In this document: one piece after another, positions 11,634-25,122 of the stretch
How the letters are laid out: every line of letters begins with the position of its first letter
Position numbering within the stretch: the stretch's first letter is position 1
Source: Octopus sinensis
Taxonomy: Eukaryota
Assembly: GCF_006345805.1 (NCBI RefSeq)
Contig: NC_042999.1
Coordinates: 63,550,001-63,614,000, forward strand
Direction: 5' to 3'
Length of the DNA stretch: 64,000 bases
The notes under the pieces: generated by a model
The model's database searches: none
What the model was told of the DNA's origin: nothing
Seen by the model: the letters and a program-made list of their open reading frames with translations, nothing else
Translations under genes and position numbers: made by a program

Positions 11634-12424
11634 AAGACTAATCCCACTTAAACATTTGTTCTTTTGGAACAGCACATAATTGAGATGAATAAATAAATGA
11701 TTTGAAATAGGGTATTGTTATAGAGTGCTGCTTTCACACCACATCATCAAGAAATATTTGATTAAGCCAGCCTTGCATTATTTCCATATTAAAAAAGGTA
11801 GGTAACTCATTACAGAAAGTAAACAAAAATATAACTTCTTCAAATGATTTTGTTTGCAAAATTTTTGAATGAAGATCTATGGTGGCCCGTACATTTTTAT
11901 TCATAAATTGAACTGGATCCAAACCAGCCAAAAATATATTACAGGATCTCTGATGTTCAAAACTTAGAAATGCAAGGAACTGTTTTGGAAACCAAATAAA
12001 AAAAAATTATAAAAAGTTAAGAGGGTGGTGATTGATTCACCTATTTTGAAACATTTACTTGTTTCGATAACTCACGAAAGCCAAGTTTATTTTTAGATTT
12101 CCCATTATTGCTGGTTTTATTTTTAATAATGCTAATTTCACCAAAAATTACTCTAAAGAAAAGCCGGTGTGTATTGTAGACAAGATATATTTTTTTATAA
12201 CATTTCATTGCCTAAAAACAGGAGTGCATTGTACACACGAGCAGTATTCTATAACAATAACCTATTTCAATGTGGGAATTTTAGCATTTCCTGTTGTTAA
12301 TTGCAATGCTTTCTTTGAAGTTTACCTTAAAGTCAGTGTATATTATGGACGAAATTTATTTTTCTGGCAGTTCATTACCCCAAAATAGTGATGCACATGA
12401 TGTATATGAATATAATTTATGAGA

Positions 12425-12745
12425 AGGTACATGGCTCGGTGGTTAGAGCATTGGACTTAGATTCAATTCCTGGACCAAGCTGTGTGTGTTCTTGAGCAAG
12501 ACAATTTATTTCACGTTGCTCCAGTTCACTCAGCTGTGGAAATAAGTTGTGACATCACAGATGCCAAGCGGTATTGGCCTTTGCCTTTACCTTTCCCTTG
12601 GATAACGTTGGTGGTGTGGCGAGGGGAGGCTGTTATGCATGGGTGACTGCTGGTCTTCCATAAACAACTTTGTCTGGACTTGTGCCTCAGAGGGTAACTT
12701 TCTAGGTGCAATCCCATGGTCATTCATGACCAAATAGGGTTCCTT
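12425..12745 (+). mobile_element. tRNA-derived SINE (group C)
   Basis: A box TGGCTCGGTGG, core TGTTCTTGAGCAAGAC...CCAGTTCACTCAGCTG; homologous to 39870-40195. Confidence 0.8.
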
Positions 12746-12749
12746 TTAT

Positions 12750-12978
12750 TGTGCCGGTGGCACGTAAAAAGCACCATCCAACCGTGGCCGTTTGCCAGCC
12801 CCGTCTGGCACATAAAAAGCACCCACTACACTCATGGAGTGGTTGGCGTTAGGAAGGGCATCCAGCCGTAGAAACATTGCCAGATCAGACTGGGCCTGGT
12901 GCAGCCTTCTGGCTTACCAGACCCCAGTTGAACCGTCCAACCCATGCTAGCATGGAAAGCGGACGCTAAATGATGATA
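12750..12978 (+). mobile_element. RTE LINE 3' end
   Basis: Conserved RTE terminus with TGATGA tail. Confidence 0.85.
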
Positions 12979-13758
12979 AATGATATGGAAATGTTGAAGT
13001 TTGAATTTGGATAAGTTTGCATGTTATGACAATGACAAGAATATAATATTTTAGGACTGAACCTTCAGAGAAAAATTAATGTTCCAACATTTTTTTATAC
13101 TGTTATATCACCAAAAACTGGGTTTCTTGATTCACTTCCACTTTATGCCTGTCGATAACTTATGGTCTTCATCTGTCTGCAGCTGCACCTTGAATCTCCT
13201 TGGAGGACCTTCAAATCATGTATCACATACTTAGGCTCTTCACTCCCTATGTAGCTTAGGCCATTGCTGACTTCTCTCCACTATTTTCAACTCTGGGCTG
13301 TTTTTGTCTCTCCTTCAGTATTGGCAGTGGAGGGGGGCATCCCCTTCTGTGTATCCCTGAGGGAAGGCCTTCCTCTCCCAAATTTTGTTGGTTTTGAATT
13401 GTCATCAATGCTCCTCTAATATTGCTTTTTTTTTCTAGGTTGGGGATGCTGCCCCTACACAAGCCAATTTTTACCTCTTGGAAAAGGTGGTCTGTACAAG
13501 TCTGGCCTCTATCCTTTGACCTGCCCAATATGGAAATCCTAGCAGGAGCTTGCTCTTCATTGGCATAGCTCTCAGGGTCATTCTGATACACAAGCCACCA
13601 CACTGAAACAAAGACTGCCCCTTGATGGTCTACAAATAATTATGCACCAATAAAAGTACTTAATTGGGTATTTATTTCATCAACATCAGAAGAGTGATAG
13701 ATGAGGTTAATCTCAGCTAGATTTTGACATAAGTCCAATTGGTTCCTGCTTGCCAAAA

Positions 13759-14822
13759 TCATCATCATCATCATTTAACATCCGCTTTCCATGCTGGCAT
13801 GGGTTGGACAGTATGATTGAGGGCTGGTAAGCCAGAAGGCTGCACCAGTCTCTAATCTGATCTGGCAAAGTTTCTACTGCTGAATGCCCTTCCTAATGCC
13901 AACCTTTCTGAGAGTGTAGTGGGTGCTTTTATGTGCCATCGGCATGAGGGCCAGTCAGGCAGTACTGGCATCAGCCATGCTCAACTGGTACTTTTTACAT
14001 GCCACCTGCACAGGAGCCAGTCCGGCAGCACTGGCAACAACTACACTCAAATGGTGCTTTCTTTTACATGCCACTGGCATGGGTGCCAATCAGGCAGTAC
14101 TGTCATCGGCCATGACGATTTCACATACCTCAACAGGTCTTCGAAAGCATAGTTTATTATCCAGTGATTAAAGAGTACTCTTAAATGGGCTGGTTCTGCA
14201 GCACTGGCATAAGCCACAGTTATGGTCTCACTTGGCTTGCTGTATCTTCTCAATCACAGCATATCTCCAAAGGTCTCAGTCACTTGTCATTGCCTCGGTG
14301 AGGCCCAATGTTCGAAGGTTGTGCTTCACCACCTCATCCCAAGTCTTCCTGGGTCTACCTCTTCCACAGGTTCCCTCAACTGCGAGGGTGTGACACTTTT
14401 TCACACAGCTGTCCTCATACATTCGCAACACATGACCATACCAGCGCAGTCTTCTCTCTTGCACACCACATCTAATGCTTCTTAAGTCCAACTTTTCTCT
14501 CAGGGTGCTTACACTCTGTCGTTATGCACACTGACATTATACATCCAGTGGAGCATCAGAGGTAGGAGCTCTCTGAACTCTGCCCAGGTTATCCTTGCTC
14601 TAGCAGCTACACTCAGAACATCCACCACTGCTACTGACTTGGTCACCTAGGTAACAGAAGCTATCAACTACTTGTAGTTTTTTTCCCCACTGGAATGTGA
14701 CAGAAGCTGTTCTCTGCACGTTTTCAGTGTTTACTGCTCCTTAGCATTTTCCACACAAAAAAACTATCTTCCCAGTAAGCCTTCCTTTGGTATTGCTGCA
14801 CCTCTTATGTGCCCATAGCTAA
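13759..14822 (-). mobile_element. RTE LINE, 5'-truncated and decayed (ORF C-terminus plus 3' UTR)
   Basis: ORF 14276-14491 (QERRLRWYGHV...GRGRPRKTW) is homologous to the 47562 ORF; PHD remnant near 14750-14820. Confidence 0.9.
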
Positions 14823-15031
14823 CATTTAGTCAGTATGCTGATAACATGGTTAATTACTCTTTTTGAGCATCTGTCGGTCAATGACTGCAGGGAAGTGTGA
14901 GTGGAATGGGGAACTGAGTGATGTTAGGCAAGGTTCTGGTTTGAATCGTTATAAGAAAGTGGGAACCATGCTATGGCATGAAGACATTGTTTTGCAATCA
15001 TGCCAAGGCACCATTTGTATAACAAAATACA

Positions 15032-15232
15032 CATTTCTTTACTACCCACAAGGGGGTAAACACAGAGAGGACAAATGGATTAAGTCGATTATATTGACCC
15101 CAGTGTGTAACTGGTACTTATTTAATTACCCCGAAAGGATAAGTTGACCTCGGCGGAATTTGAACTCAGAACGTAGTGACAGATGAAATACGGCTACGCA
15201 TTTCGCCCGGCGTGCTAACGTTTCTGCCAGCT
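15032..15232 (-). mobile_element. tRNA-derived SINE (group B)
   Basis: Reverse complement of GCTGGCAGAAACGTTAGCACGCCGGGCGAAAT...GAGTTCAAATTCCGCCGAGGTC. Confidence 0.85.
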
Positions 15233-15477
15233 AAGATTACAGAACTAACTGGTTTTGATATAACAGTTGGGTATGCATGTATGCTATATAAATTGTTTTA
15301 TGGCATTAACATTGGTTTAGATTTTCATTGTTGGGGACGAGGGTAATAAAATAAATACCAGTAATTTGCTAATGTCAACTGTATCAACTCCTTTTATCAA
15401 AAAAATTACACCATAGTGCGATGAGTTATATCTATGCAAAAGAAACCATAAGTTAATAATTACACAGTGCAGACAGA

Positions 15478-15859
15478 TTTGTGTGATTAAGAAACACACT
15501 TTGCAACTGTGTGGTCTTGAGTTCAGTCCTTCTGTGTGTCATCTTGGGCAAGTGTCTTCTACTATAGCTCTGGGCCAACCAATGCCTTGTGAGTGGATTT
15601 GGTGGATAGAAACTGTGTAGAAGCCTTTTGTATGTATGTATGTATATATGTGTGTGTCTGTGTTGTCTCTCTCCCCCCACTGTTTAACAACTGTTCTTGG
15701 TTTGTCTACATTCACATAACTTAGTTCAGCAAAAGAGACCAATAGAAGAAATACCAGACTTTAAAATACATAAGTATTGGAGTTGATTTGTTTGACTAAA
15801 CCTTTCAAGGTGGTGCTCCAGCATGGCTGTAGTTGTATGACTGAAACAAGTAAAAGATA
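15478..15859 (+). mobile_element. SINE group A
   Basis: CTTGGGCAAGTGTCTTCTACTATAGC core and GACTGAAACAAGTAAAAGA tail. Confidence 0.8.
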
Positions 15860-16697
15860 CTTAATGCTCTCTACTTTTTTTTTTAATCCTTTTTAAGATC
15901 CTGTGAGGACCCAGTTAGTTCTCCTTATTCTTTCCACACTTCTGTTTTCATTCAGGAAACTTTTTTTACCAGATCTGATATCAAACAAATATGAAGTAAC
16001 ACAAATCATTTAAAACTGACTGTTTTACCCTCCATACCTTGTTTCACATAAACTCATGTGATTTTCAGCCATACACAAAACATTAGCCTCCAGCCCCTTT
16101 CTGTTGTAAATTAAACTAGCTGTCTGTTATAAGAAGCCATTTATTTTTGTGGTATGTAAAAAATGTATGTTGCTGTTCTGTTTTCTCCTGGTGTATATGA
16201 TGTTGTTAAAGCTATAATTAAGATCTCTCTATAATAAATTTATATTACATAAGTGACATTCAAATATTAAAACTAAGAATTTGATGTTGGTATTTTAGTT
16301 CATTGTTTGTGATGGTTGCTATAGGGTACTTATAAGTTCTTAGTGAAACAGGTTCATGCCTGTAACACAATTGGTGGGCCTTACAGAATGCTTGATTTAA
16401 CACCAGCCCCTGCCATATTCTTGAGTGTCAGTTTGTCACAAGCATTATTACCAGACTTCCAGTTTTCTCTCATTGGCGGTATGTTAGACGTACCACCACA
16501 TTGTCCTTGGGCACCTATAGTTACCTCTTTCATGGGCATTACAATCAAGCCTCACATTTTTTTCTTGCAAACATTGGTCTGTATATAGTCTGGCTGGTCA
16601 TTGTTTTGTGTGAATCTCACCAGTCTGGGAGAGTCTATCAAGCTCAGAACCATTTGTATCCTTATACTCTTTCATATTTATCCATGCTCTGAAGCCC

Positions 16698-17115
16698 TCA
16701 TCATCATCATTTAATGTCCGCTTTCCATTCTAGCATGGGTTGGGCGATTTGACTGAGGTCTGGCGAATCAGATGGCTGCACCAGGCTCCAATCTGATCTG
16801 GCAGAGTTTCTACAGCTGGATGCCCTTCCTAACGTCAACCACTCCAAGAGTGTAGTGGGTGCTTTTATGTTCCACCAGCATGAGGGCCAGTCAGGTGGTA
16901 CTGGCATGGCCACACTCAAATGGTGCTTTTTATGTGCCTCCTGCACAGGAGCCAGTCCAACGGCACTGGCAACAACCTCGCTCAAATGTTTTTTTCACGT
17001 GCCACCAGCACAAGTGCCAGTAAGGCGATGCAGGTAATGATCATGCTCGAATGGTGTTTTTTACGTGCCATCAGCACAGAGGCCAGCTTGTTGCTCTGGC
17101 AACAATCACGCTCGC
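16698..17115 (-). mobile_element. RTE LINE 3' UTR fragment
   Basis: (CAT)n tail, conserved terminus, repeated units. Confidence 0.85.
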
Positions 17116-17602
17116 CGATAGTCTGAATATATCTGAAGGATCTAGTGTCCACAGCAGAGTTTAACAAACTTGTCTTTTTGCTCAATATCACTCCTGACCA
17201 AACAGATCGATGACTGCAAGAATTCTGCCAGTGACCATTTTATATGTGTTTTTCTGATATAATGTTCTCAGGATTACATTATCCTTTTCTAAGCAGGTGG
17301 GGGTATGATTTGAGGAAAATTTGGTTGCTACTTCAAACAGATGGAATGACCTCGTAGAACCTTCCTCATTGGCTCAAGTTTGACAAGGGGGAGTTGGTTG
17401 GTGTATAGTTGTTCCCTAGAATTTCCTAGAGGTGTCAATAAACCAGCACACTCAGTGGTACTGTTGCAGTTATCCTAGAGTTTTATGTATATTGTATAAT
17501 TGTCTGTTATTAGGTGGTAAAGATTGAAAGATGAGGTATAGTATCTACCAGAGATATGTTTGTATGTCTATATGTGTTTGGAGAAGTGTGGATTGAAGCA
17601 GA

Positions 17603-17813
17603 CATCATCATCGTTTAACATTCATTTTCCATGCTAGCATGGGTTGAACGGTTCGACCAGGGTCTGGGAAGCCAGGAGGCTGCACCAGGCTCCAGTCTGA
17701 TCTGGCAGCGTTTCTACAGCTGGATGCCCTTCCTAACACCAACCAATCCGTGAGTGTAGTGGGTGCTTTTTATGTGCCACCAGCATGGGTATCACAACTA
17801 CAGTTTCCATTTG
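17603..17813 (-). mobile_element. RTE LINE 3' end
   Basis: Conserved terminus. Confidence 0.85.
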
Positions 17814-18173
17814 ATTATACCACTATATGATTGTCATAGACTTCTATTTTCTTTCTTTTAAAAGCTTCAGGAATTATGCCAATATAGTAACTAATTATTT
17901 TCTTTTTATGCAAAGTCTGACAGCTGAAGGGGTAAGCTATTCAGGATTTTTATGTTAAAATGTTGGTGTTTTTATCTACCTAATTATCATGACTACTCTC
18001 AGTAAAGATAACATGGAGAAATAGAAATTGCTGTTTTCATATAGCTTCAATGCGTTCAAGTTTCATATAATTGGAACCACTTAACTTAATTTTACTGACC
18101 ATATTTTAATACCTTTTTAGAAAAGACTTGAATGCCACAGTTTCTCTTGCTCTTCAATTATAAAAATTACAAA

Positions 18174-18488
18174 CATCATATCATCATCATCGTTTAACGT
18201 CCGTTTTCCATGCTAGCATGGGTTAGATGATTCAATCGGGGTCTGGGAAGCCAGGAGGCTGCACCAGTCTCTAGTCTGATTTGGCAGTGTTTCTACAGCT
18301 GGATGTCCTTCCTAATACCAACCACTCCGAGTGTAGCGGGTGCTTTTTACATGCCACCGACACAGGTGCCAGGGGAGGCTGGCAGCGACCACGATCGGTT
18401 GGTGCTTTTTACGTGCCACCAGCACAGGTGCCAGGCGAGGCTGGCAGCGACCATGATCGGTTGGTGCTTTTTACGTGCCACCGGCACA
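18174..18488 (-). mobile_element. RTE LINE 3' end with two near-identical tandem units
   Basis: Conserved terminus; CACAGGTGCCAGG..GGCTGGCAGCGACCA..ATCGGTTGGTGCTTTTTACGTGCCACC occurs twice. Confidence 0.85.
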
Positions 18489-19196
18489 TTATATTAATGA
18501 ACCAGTAAGGTGAAACCACATAGCTTGGTGGTTACGGTGTGGCATTCATAAGTGCAACGTCATGGTTTCAATTCCTTGGCTGGTTACTGCATAGTGTTCT
18601 TGAGCAAAATACTTCATTTCACATTGTTTTAGTTCACTAAGCTATGAATGAGTAACATCTTGGTCACTTATATGTCATGGAAACTGAATAAGCAGCACCT
18701 GTGAATCCTAGGACTTGAGACACTATTGTCCAGGGATTGATGTTGATGATGATGTAAGGAAGCCTTTACATACCCACTTGACCTGCTAGAGATATCAGCC
18801 AAATCTCCCTCAAATGAAACTATGGCAAATGTCTTCTGCCATAGCCCCAGATCAGCCCAAGCTTTGAAAATTAAATTGGATAGTTATTATTTAGCCCTGA
18901 TTGAACAAACTTATGATCAAAGACAATCCAGCCATGATCATCCTGTCTTTTTATGATTACTTCTATGACTCCATTATTATTTAATATATCCTTCCTTTTT
19001 TAAGACTTTTTAGCATGATATAAGAAAATTTGGCTTCTATTTCTAGTGGCTTACGGTGAAACATGCATGGAATCACATCCCATCACTTGGTTGAACACCA
19101 CAACTTAGTCGATGGGTAATTTCAGTGGCATCTACTCTGTTATAAACATTAGGACCAAACTCTTTGTTGGGCTTATTCTTTTGAATAAGCCACTAA

Positions 19197-20073
19197 TACA
19201 AAGTCTGATCAATAAGTATCTGGACTGTTGCTATAGTAACAAAACTAAAGCACACAGGGTGAAAGCGCTTGGTACAGATTGACCTTGAACTTTGCTGTGC
19301 ATGCACACTAAGTTTTAATGTTGTAGCTCACTTTCACTATTTACAGCAGTGCTTGGAAGGAAGGTGTGTAGCATGTGAGCATTTCATTGACCATGACAGA
19401 GAAAGTTGTCATGGTAATACCTGCTCAGAGGCCTTCGCAAATTTGCAGAAAGTGTATGGAGAGGAGTATATGAGCCACACACAAGTGTACGAGTGGTTGA
19501 AAAAATGCTGATATTGATGAATGTTCAGGGAGACCCACAACCAGCAGCACTGAAAAAAAAAAACAGTGCAGATGTGCGTGCAGCTGTGAGGGGAAATCAT
19601 CAAACCACCATCCATGAGTTATCAGAGGATGTGCAGATTAGTTACAGTTCAGTTCAGTTCACTGAAGATTTATGTATGAGACACATGTCTGCCAAGTTTG
19701 TGTGAAAACTGCTTTCAGCTGACCAAAAAGACACTCAAGTTTCAGTAGCACAAGATCTTGATTGAGTCGAAAATGATGGAAACTTTCTAAAAACTTTGCA
19801 TAGGCCTCTGAGCAGGTATCACCAAGCTTTTGGCAAAATTTGATGCAGATTCTCTGCTAAACTTTCTCTGTCATCGTCAATACGATGATGATCACATGCT
19901 ACACACCTTCCTTCCAAACACTGCTATAAACAACAGAACTGAGCTAGAATATTAAAACTTAGTGCACATGCACAGCAGAGATCAAGTTCAATTTGTTCCA
20001 AGCAGCTTCACTCTCTGTGTTTCAGCTTTGTTACTATAGCAACAGTCCGGATACTTATTGATCAGATCACATA
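19197..20073 (+). mobile_element. Non-autonomous mariner derivative with >200-bp inverted repeats
   Basis: TA-flanked TIR TCTGATCAATAAGTATC.GGACTGTTGCTATAGTAACAAA; frameshifted HTH remnants (LQKVYGEEYMSHTQVYEWLKK; TIHELSEDVQISYSSV..EDLCMRHMSAKFV). Confidence 0.9.
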
Positions 20074-20856
20074 CATAAAAAAAAAGTTCTATTTCCCAAA
20101 AAGTGATATAAAAGATTTACAGAAATAATCACAATTATACTTTTGTTTTTCATGTACTCTGAAAGATTACATTCTCTTTTTGGTGGTGGTAGTGATGGGG
20201 GGGGGGGGGTTCATTTTTCCTCTTGTTTTTTTTATTACTTTATTGTTGTCTCTGATGGCATTTGAGTGTCAGCTCTTAAATTACTACTGCACCTCGGAAG
20301 TTCACTCCTTGCCTCAATTTAAAATGCTCTAATTGATATCTGAAGTAAGTAGGCTTTAGTTATACATTTAGTGTTTTGTAAATCTATTTGGCTAAGAGTC
20401 ATTCAAGCCCACACAGACAAGCAACATCACTGTATGAATTCGAAAATGATGGTCTCTAAACTGTTCACAAGGTATAACACACACACACACACACATACAC
20501 ACACACATCACACTCAACACACATACTCATGTATAGAAACATCTACTTTTTTGTTTATGTTTTATTTTTTAAATTTTGCTTTTGTGTTTTCCCAAGAAAC
20601 TGATGCATTCGCTAGACTGATTTATATTATTTCAGGAATAATCATATTTTTCTTATTAATTTATTCATGATTTACAATGAAACCACTATAGTACATTTCA
20701 CAGTAAACTTAGTCCATGATCAGGTTTGTGTTTCCAGTTGCATCACTAATATCCCGAGAAGGAGGGAGCGAGAGAAATTAAGGGGTATACCTAATATGTT
20801 TCTTAGCTTAACAGTACTCACTACCTAGCCCTCGGGTGTCTTTAACAGAGTTCACT

Positions 20857-21011
20857 TGGTGCTGGATTAAGGCATGGGCTTTAGAGGCTGCAGCCTGAAG
20901 GCCGCCACCAGCTAAAGGGGCTCCAGAGATGAAGTAAAAAGTTTTTGAAAATATCATTGAGAGCCACACCAGTACTAGCCTCAGGGCCTACAAAATCTTA
21001 ATCTGGCTCTG
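20857..21011. mobile_element. Possible small hAT-like MITE
   Basis: Imperfect TIRs GGTGCTGGATTAAG / CTTAATCTGGCTCTG. Confidence 0.4.
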
Positions 21012-21179
21012 AATCCATTCTGTTAGTATTTAGGCACTGGTTTGGGTCTGAGGGTAACTTTTCTTTCTCCCATTTAGTTTTGGAGTCCTTGAAAAAAGCT
21101 ATGGACTTTGCTCTTCCTCTCTTTGATGAAGGTCATTAATAATAATAATAATAATAGTAATAATAATGGTTTTTAATAT

Positions 21180-21777
21180 AGGTGTAGGGTTTTAAATGTG
21201 ACAGAAGTTCGTTAGTTGATTAAATCATTTCTAGCACTTGACTCGTACTACTTTATTTTATCAACCCCAGAGGGGTGAAAGGCAAAATTAACTTTGGTGG
21301 GATTTGAACTCAAAACATAATAAAGAGCTGTAAGAAATACCATTAACATTTCTGCCATTCCACTGCTATGATAATGATTTCTTTTATAAGGCCTGAAATT
21401 TTTGCAGGGAGTGGCTAGTTGTTTACAACGACCCCAGTATCCAATTGGTACTCATTTTCTCGATCCTGAAAGGATGATAGGCAAAGTAGTCTTTGGCAGA
21501 ATTTATGGATGTAATGCTGCTAAGCGTTATCGTCTGATGCACTAACGATTATGCCAGCTCACAACCTTAATAATAATAATGATTCTTTCTACTATAAGGT
21601 TTGAAATTTTGCGGGGAGGGAGCTAGTTGGTTACATTGACCCCAGTGCTTGAATGGTGCTTATTTTATCAAACCGAAAGGATGAATGGCAAAGTCAACCT
21701 TAGTGGAATGTGATCTCTGAAAGTCAGACATCCTACTAAGGATTTTGTCCTTATGCTTATGGTTCTTGCCACCTTAA
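21180..21777 (-). mobile_element. Cluster of three decayed group B SINEs separated by (TAA)n
   Basis: Three copies of GGTACT..TTTTATC.ACC...GAAAGGATGA..GGCAAAGT. Confidence 0.7.
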
Positions 21778-21794
21778 TGATGATGATGATAATA

Positions 21795-21830
<36 letters not shown>
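21777..21830. repeat. (TGA)n/(TAA)n microsatellite
   Basis: Direct reading. Confidence 0.95.
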
Positions 21831-21832
<2 letters not shown>

Positions 21833-21989
21833 GAAAACTGCATCATTTAACTTCTCTACTGTTTCTAGAGTTTATTTATTTAAAAGAAATCATGTTTGTT
21901 ATTTAAATTTTTACCATGTTTTTTATTTGAATATTTAACAATGTTTGATTTAATTGTTATTGTATTGTCTTTTGTCTTTCTTTCTTTAG

Positions 21990-22064
21990 GAACCAACATA
22001 ACAGTATTTTTGCAGAAGTGGAATTTGGGCCAAAAGGAACTTTGATGGACAACTCTAGACTCAT
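21990..22064 (+). CDS. Internal 75-nt coding exon (phase 2-2) of the plus-strand gene
   Basis: Long polypyrimidine tract plus TTTAG| acceptor and |GTAAGT donor; reads (R)NQHNSIFAEVEFGPKGTLMDNSRL in frame with exon 6068-6324. Confidence 0.75.
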
Positions 22065-22159
22065 GTAAGTTTTTGTCTAAGCTATTCTTCTCTCATTTAG
22101 TTTGATTTGTTTCCAAAATGTCTTTTATACTAATTCAACAAAATTCGAGAAATATACTA

Positions 22160-22372
22160 GTTTCAAATTTTGGCACAAGGCCAGCAATTTCGAGGAAGGG
22201 CTAATTCGATTAAATTGACACCAGTGAGCAACTGGTACTTATTTTATTGACCCCCAAGAGGAGGTAAGGCAAAGTGGACCCTGATGGCATTTGAACCTAG
22301 AACATAAAAATGGACAAAATACTGCTAAGCATTTTCGCCACTGTGCTGGTGATTTTGTCAGCTTGCTTCCTT
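22160..22372 (-). mobile_element. SINE group B (decayed)
   Basis: CTGGTACTTATTTTATTGACCCC...GGCAAAGT core. Confidence 0.7.
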
Positions 22373-22429
22373 AATTCAAAAAACATTAAATATGTATTTA
22401 AATTTAAACAAGTACTCTTCCCACCTAAT

Positions 22430-22632
22430 TGAGGGTTATTTGGTGACCTTAGTGCTGCTGGTGCCATGAAAAGAGTACCCAGTACATTCTTTAAAGTGGT
22501 TGGCTTTGGGAAGGGCATCAAACCATAGAAACCATGCCAAAGCAGAGCTTGGTGCAGTCTTCTGACTTGCCAGCTCCAGTCATACAGTTCAACCCATGCC
22601 AACATTGAAAACAAATTAAATGATGATGATGA
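22430..22632 (+). mobile_element. RTE LINE 3' end (older)
   Basis: GTGGTTGGC...GGAAGGGCATC...(TGA)n. Confidence 0.75.
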
Positions 22633-23715
22633 TTTTGCAATTCAGCTTCAAAATGGTCACCAGGTGCAGTCCAACTGCACCTGGTGGCGTTTATGGACAT
22701 TCTTGTTTGGCAAATTGTTTGCCAGCTCTACATTTTCAAATTGCTCTAGAATTTAAAAAATCCCTTATTTGAAAGCTCCTCTCTCTCTCTTTCTGTCCCT
22801 GTTTACTCTATCATTATTATTATTATTATTATTCTGCTGTTCGTCACCACCTGTTCCTTTTTCTGCATTGTCATCATTTCTTCTCCCCTACCTTCCCCAA
22901 CTTGTGTATCATTGGTCACCCTTTATCTCCCCTTAAGCTCCACCCGATTTCTACAGTTATCTAATCTTCTCTTTTCCTTACCCTTCCCCCCTATCATCCC
23001 TCAACACTTGTTCTTCATAATATTCTCCCTCTCACTCATTACCTGCTCTCATTCCCCTATAAACTCTTGCAACCACTAACCACTCGCACTTCCTGTTCCC
23101 CTTTCCCCATTTATTTCTTTTCACCTCATATCTTGAGGGTCCACTTTCACACCTCATCACCACTATTTTTATCTTCTTCCAGTTCACACACAAACACACA
23201 CACACTTCCATCATCTCTTCTATAATGCAAGTAGCAGTGTAGCTTCCCTACAGCAAGAAACCTTTTCCATTCTGGACCCTTCTCTCTCACTTTAACCCCT
23301 CATCCTATAGCATAAAGCTGTCTCCCTCTCTACTAAAGCCCCATTCAGTTGAAGGGAATCTTAGCCATAGCAGAGTTAAGTTGTGCTAACAATCAATATT
23401 TTGTCCTGGCAGAATTGCCAAGTTAAACAAACTGTTGTATTTAATTGTACTTACTTTCAGTCCTTGTAATGTCAACTTTGATTTTTATCCTAGGGTAGAT
23501 AAGATAAATACCTGTTATTTACTGGCAGGGGTAAGGATCTATTTGACAACACTCTCTTCCCAAATTTTGTGGCCATATGTTTATGATAGAATTCAATATC
23601 ATAACCCTCATGCTGAGGGAGATTACTCTACCAGCCAGGTTCTAACTAAAAGTCAGTATACTCTTACTTTGTGGCTGATGATAGTAAGGAGTAACACCAG
23701 ACTTGTAATAAATTA

Positions 23716-24099
23716 AGGAGTGGCTGTGTGGTAAGTAGCTTGCTTACCAACCACATGGTTTCAGGTTCAGTCCCTCTGTATGGCACTTTGGGTCAATCAA
23801 AGCCTTGTGAGTAGGTTTGGTAGACGGAGACTGAAAGAAGCCCGTCATATATATATATATATATATACACACATCTGTATGTGTGCCTTTGTGTCTGTGT
23901 TTGTTTCCCCCCCCCCATCACCGCTTGACAATGTATGCTGGTGTGTTTACGCCCTCGTAACTTACTTGTTCAGCAAAAGAGACCGATAGAATAAGTACTA
24001 GGCTTACGAAGAATAATTCCTGGGGGTCGATTTATTCGACTACAGGCATTGCTCCAGCATGGCCACAGTCAAATGACTGAAACAAATAAAAGACTAAAA
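23716..24099 (+). mobile_element. SINE group A
   Basis: GGAGTGGCTGTGTGGTAAGTAGCTTGC head through GACTGAAACAAATAAAAGA tail. Confidence 0.9.
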
Positions 24100-25122
24100 T
24101 GTTTGTCACCCATTGTAGTATGGAAAAGATCCTTTGTATCCCATCCACAGAACATTGAACTAATGAGAGAGCATTAAGAAAGGAATTTTTGAGTAGTGTG
24201 AGACTGTGTAACTCTTTTTTATATTGTCGAAATATGGAAAACGAAGCAATTTGGTTGTGACATGGATGGACGCCTTCATAAATTATTTTATACCTAAAAG
24301 AGGTATAAAATAATTACAAAGGTGACTGAACATGAAGGAATGGTTAAGGAAGATGGTGGTGGAAAATATGAGGTGGGCTAACTACCAAGGAAGATAGATT
24401 TGGTTATACACCTACAGCTGAAAGAAAATAAAATTTTTTGTTGAAATTTCTCACATCGTGGCATATAAACTCATCCAAGATCATAGATTTCCCTATATGA
24501 TTTTTGCTGACACAAACATCTGTTTTCTGAGGCTTGATTTTTCACCTCATTACATAATTATTTTCTTTTTTTTTTATGCTCCCTTCACTAAATAAGTTTA
24601 TATTAACGTACCTATTTTATTATAAATTATCTGCAGTTATTTTCTTACTTGCTTTATACTTTATTTGTTCATTTAACAGCTGTTTTTTTTTTTTTTTGTC
24701 CATGGAAGCATTGGTTGGATAGGGGAAATATTTGAGGCAGGATTTTATGGTTGGATGCAGTTCTTGTTGCCAATCCTTACCTGTTTTACAACTAGGAGAT
24801 TTCTTGTTCCATAGATTTTTGAAAATGCAGAGCAACTGATCATAATATTAACAAACAATATAAACAACACCATTTCACTCGAGTGAAACTTTGAGATGTC
24901 AACATTCTCACACGTTCAAACACACTCAGATATATGTACATACATGCATATAGACACACATATACAATGGGCTTCCTAGTTTCCATCTACCAATTTCACT
25001 CATAAGGCATTGTCTCAGAATATCAAAGGATGTGTTCTCTCTCTCTCTTCCTCTCTCTCTTCTTTTCCCCCTCTACTTGAAATCACATCTTAGATAGAAA
25101 AGAAACATTGATTTATGCTGTC

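Noticed and set aside
20371-20670. ORF with a hydrophobic, TM-like C-terminus
   Set aside because: Built from (CA)n and T-rich sequence; the nearby acceptor gives a stop in the host gene's phase
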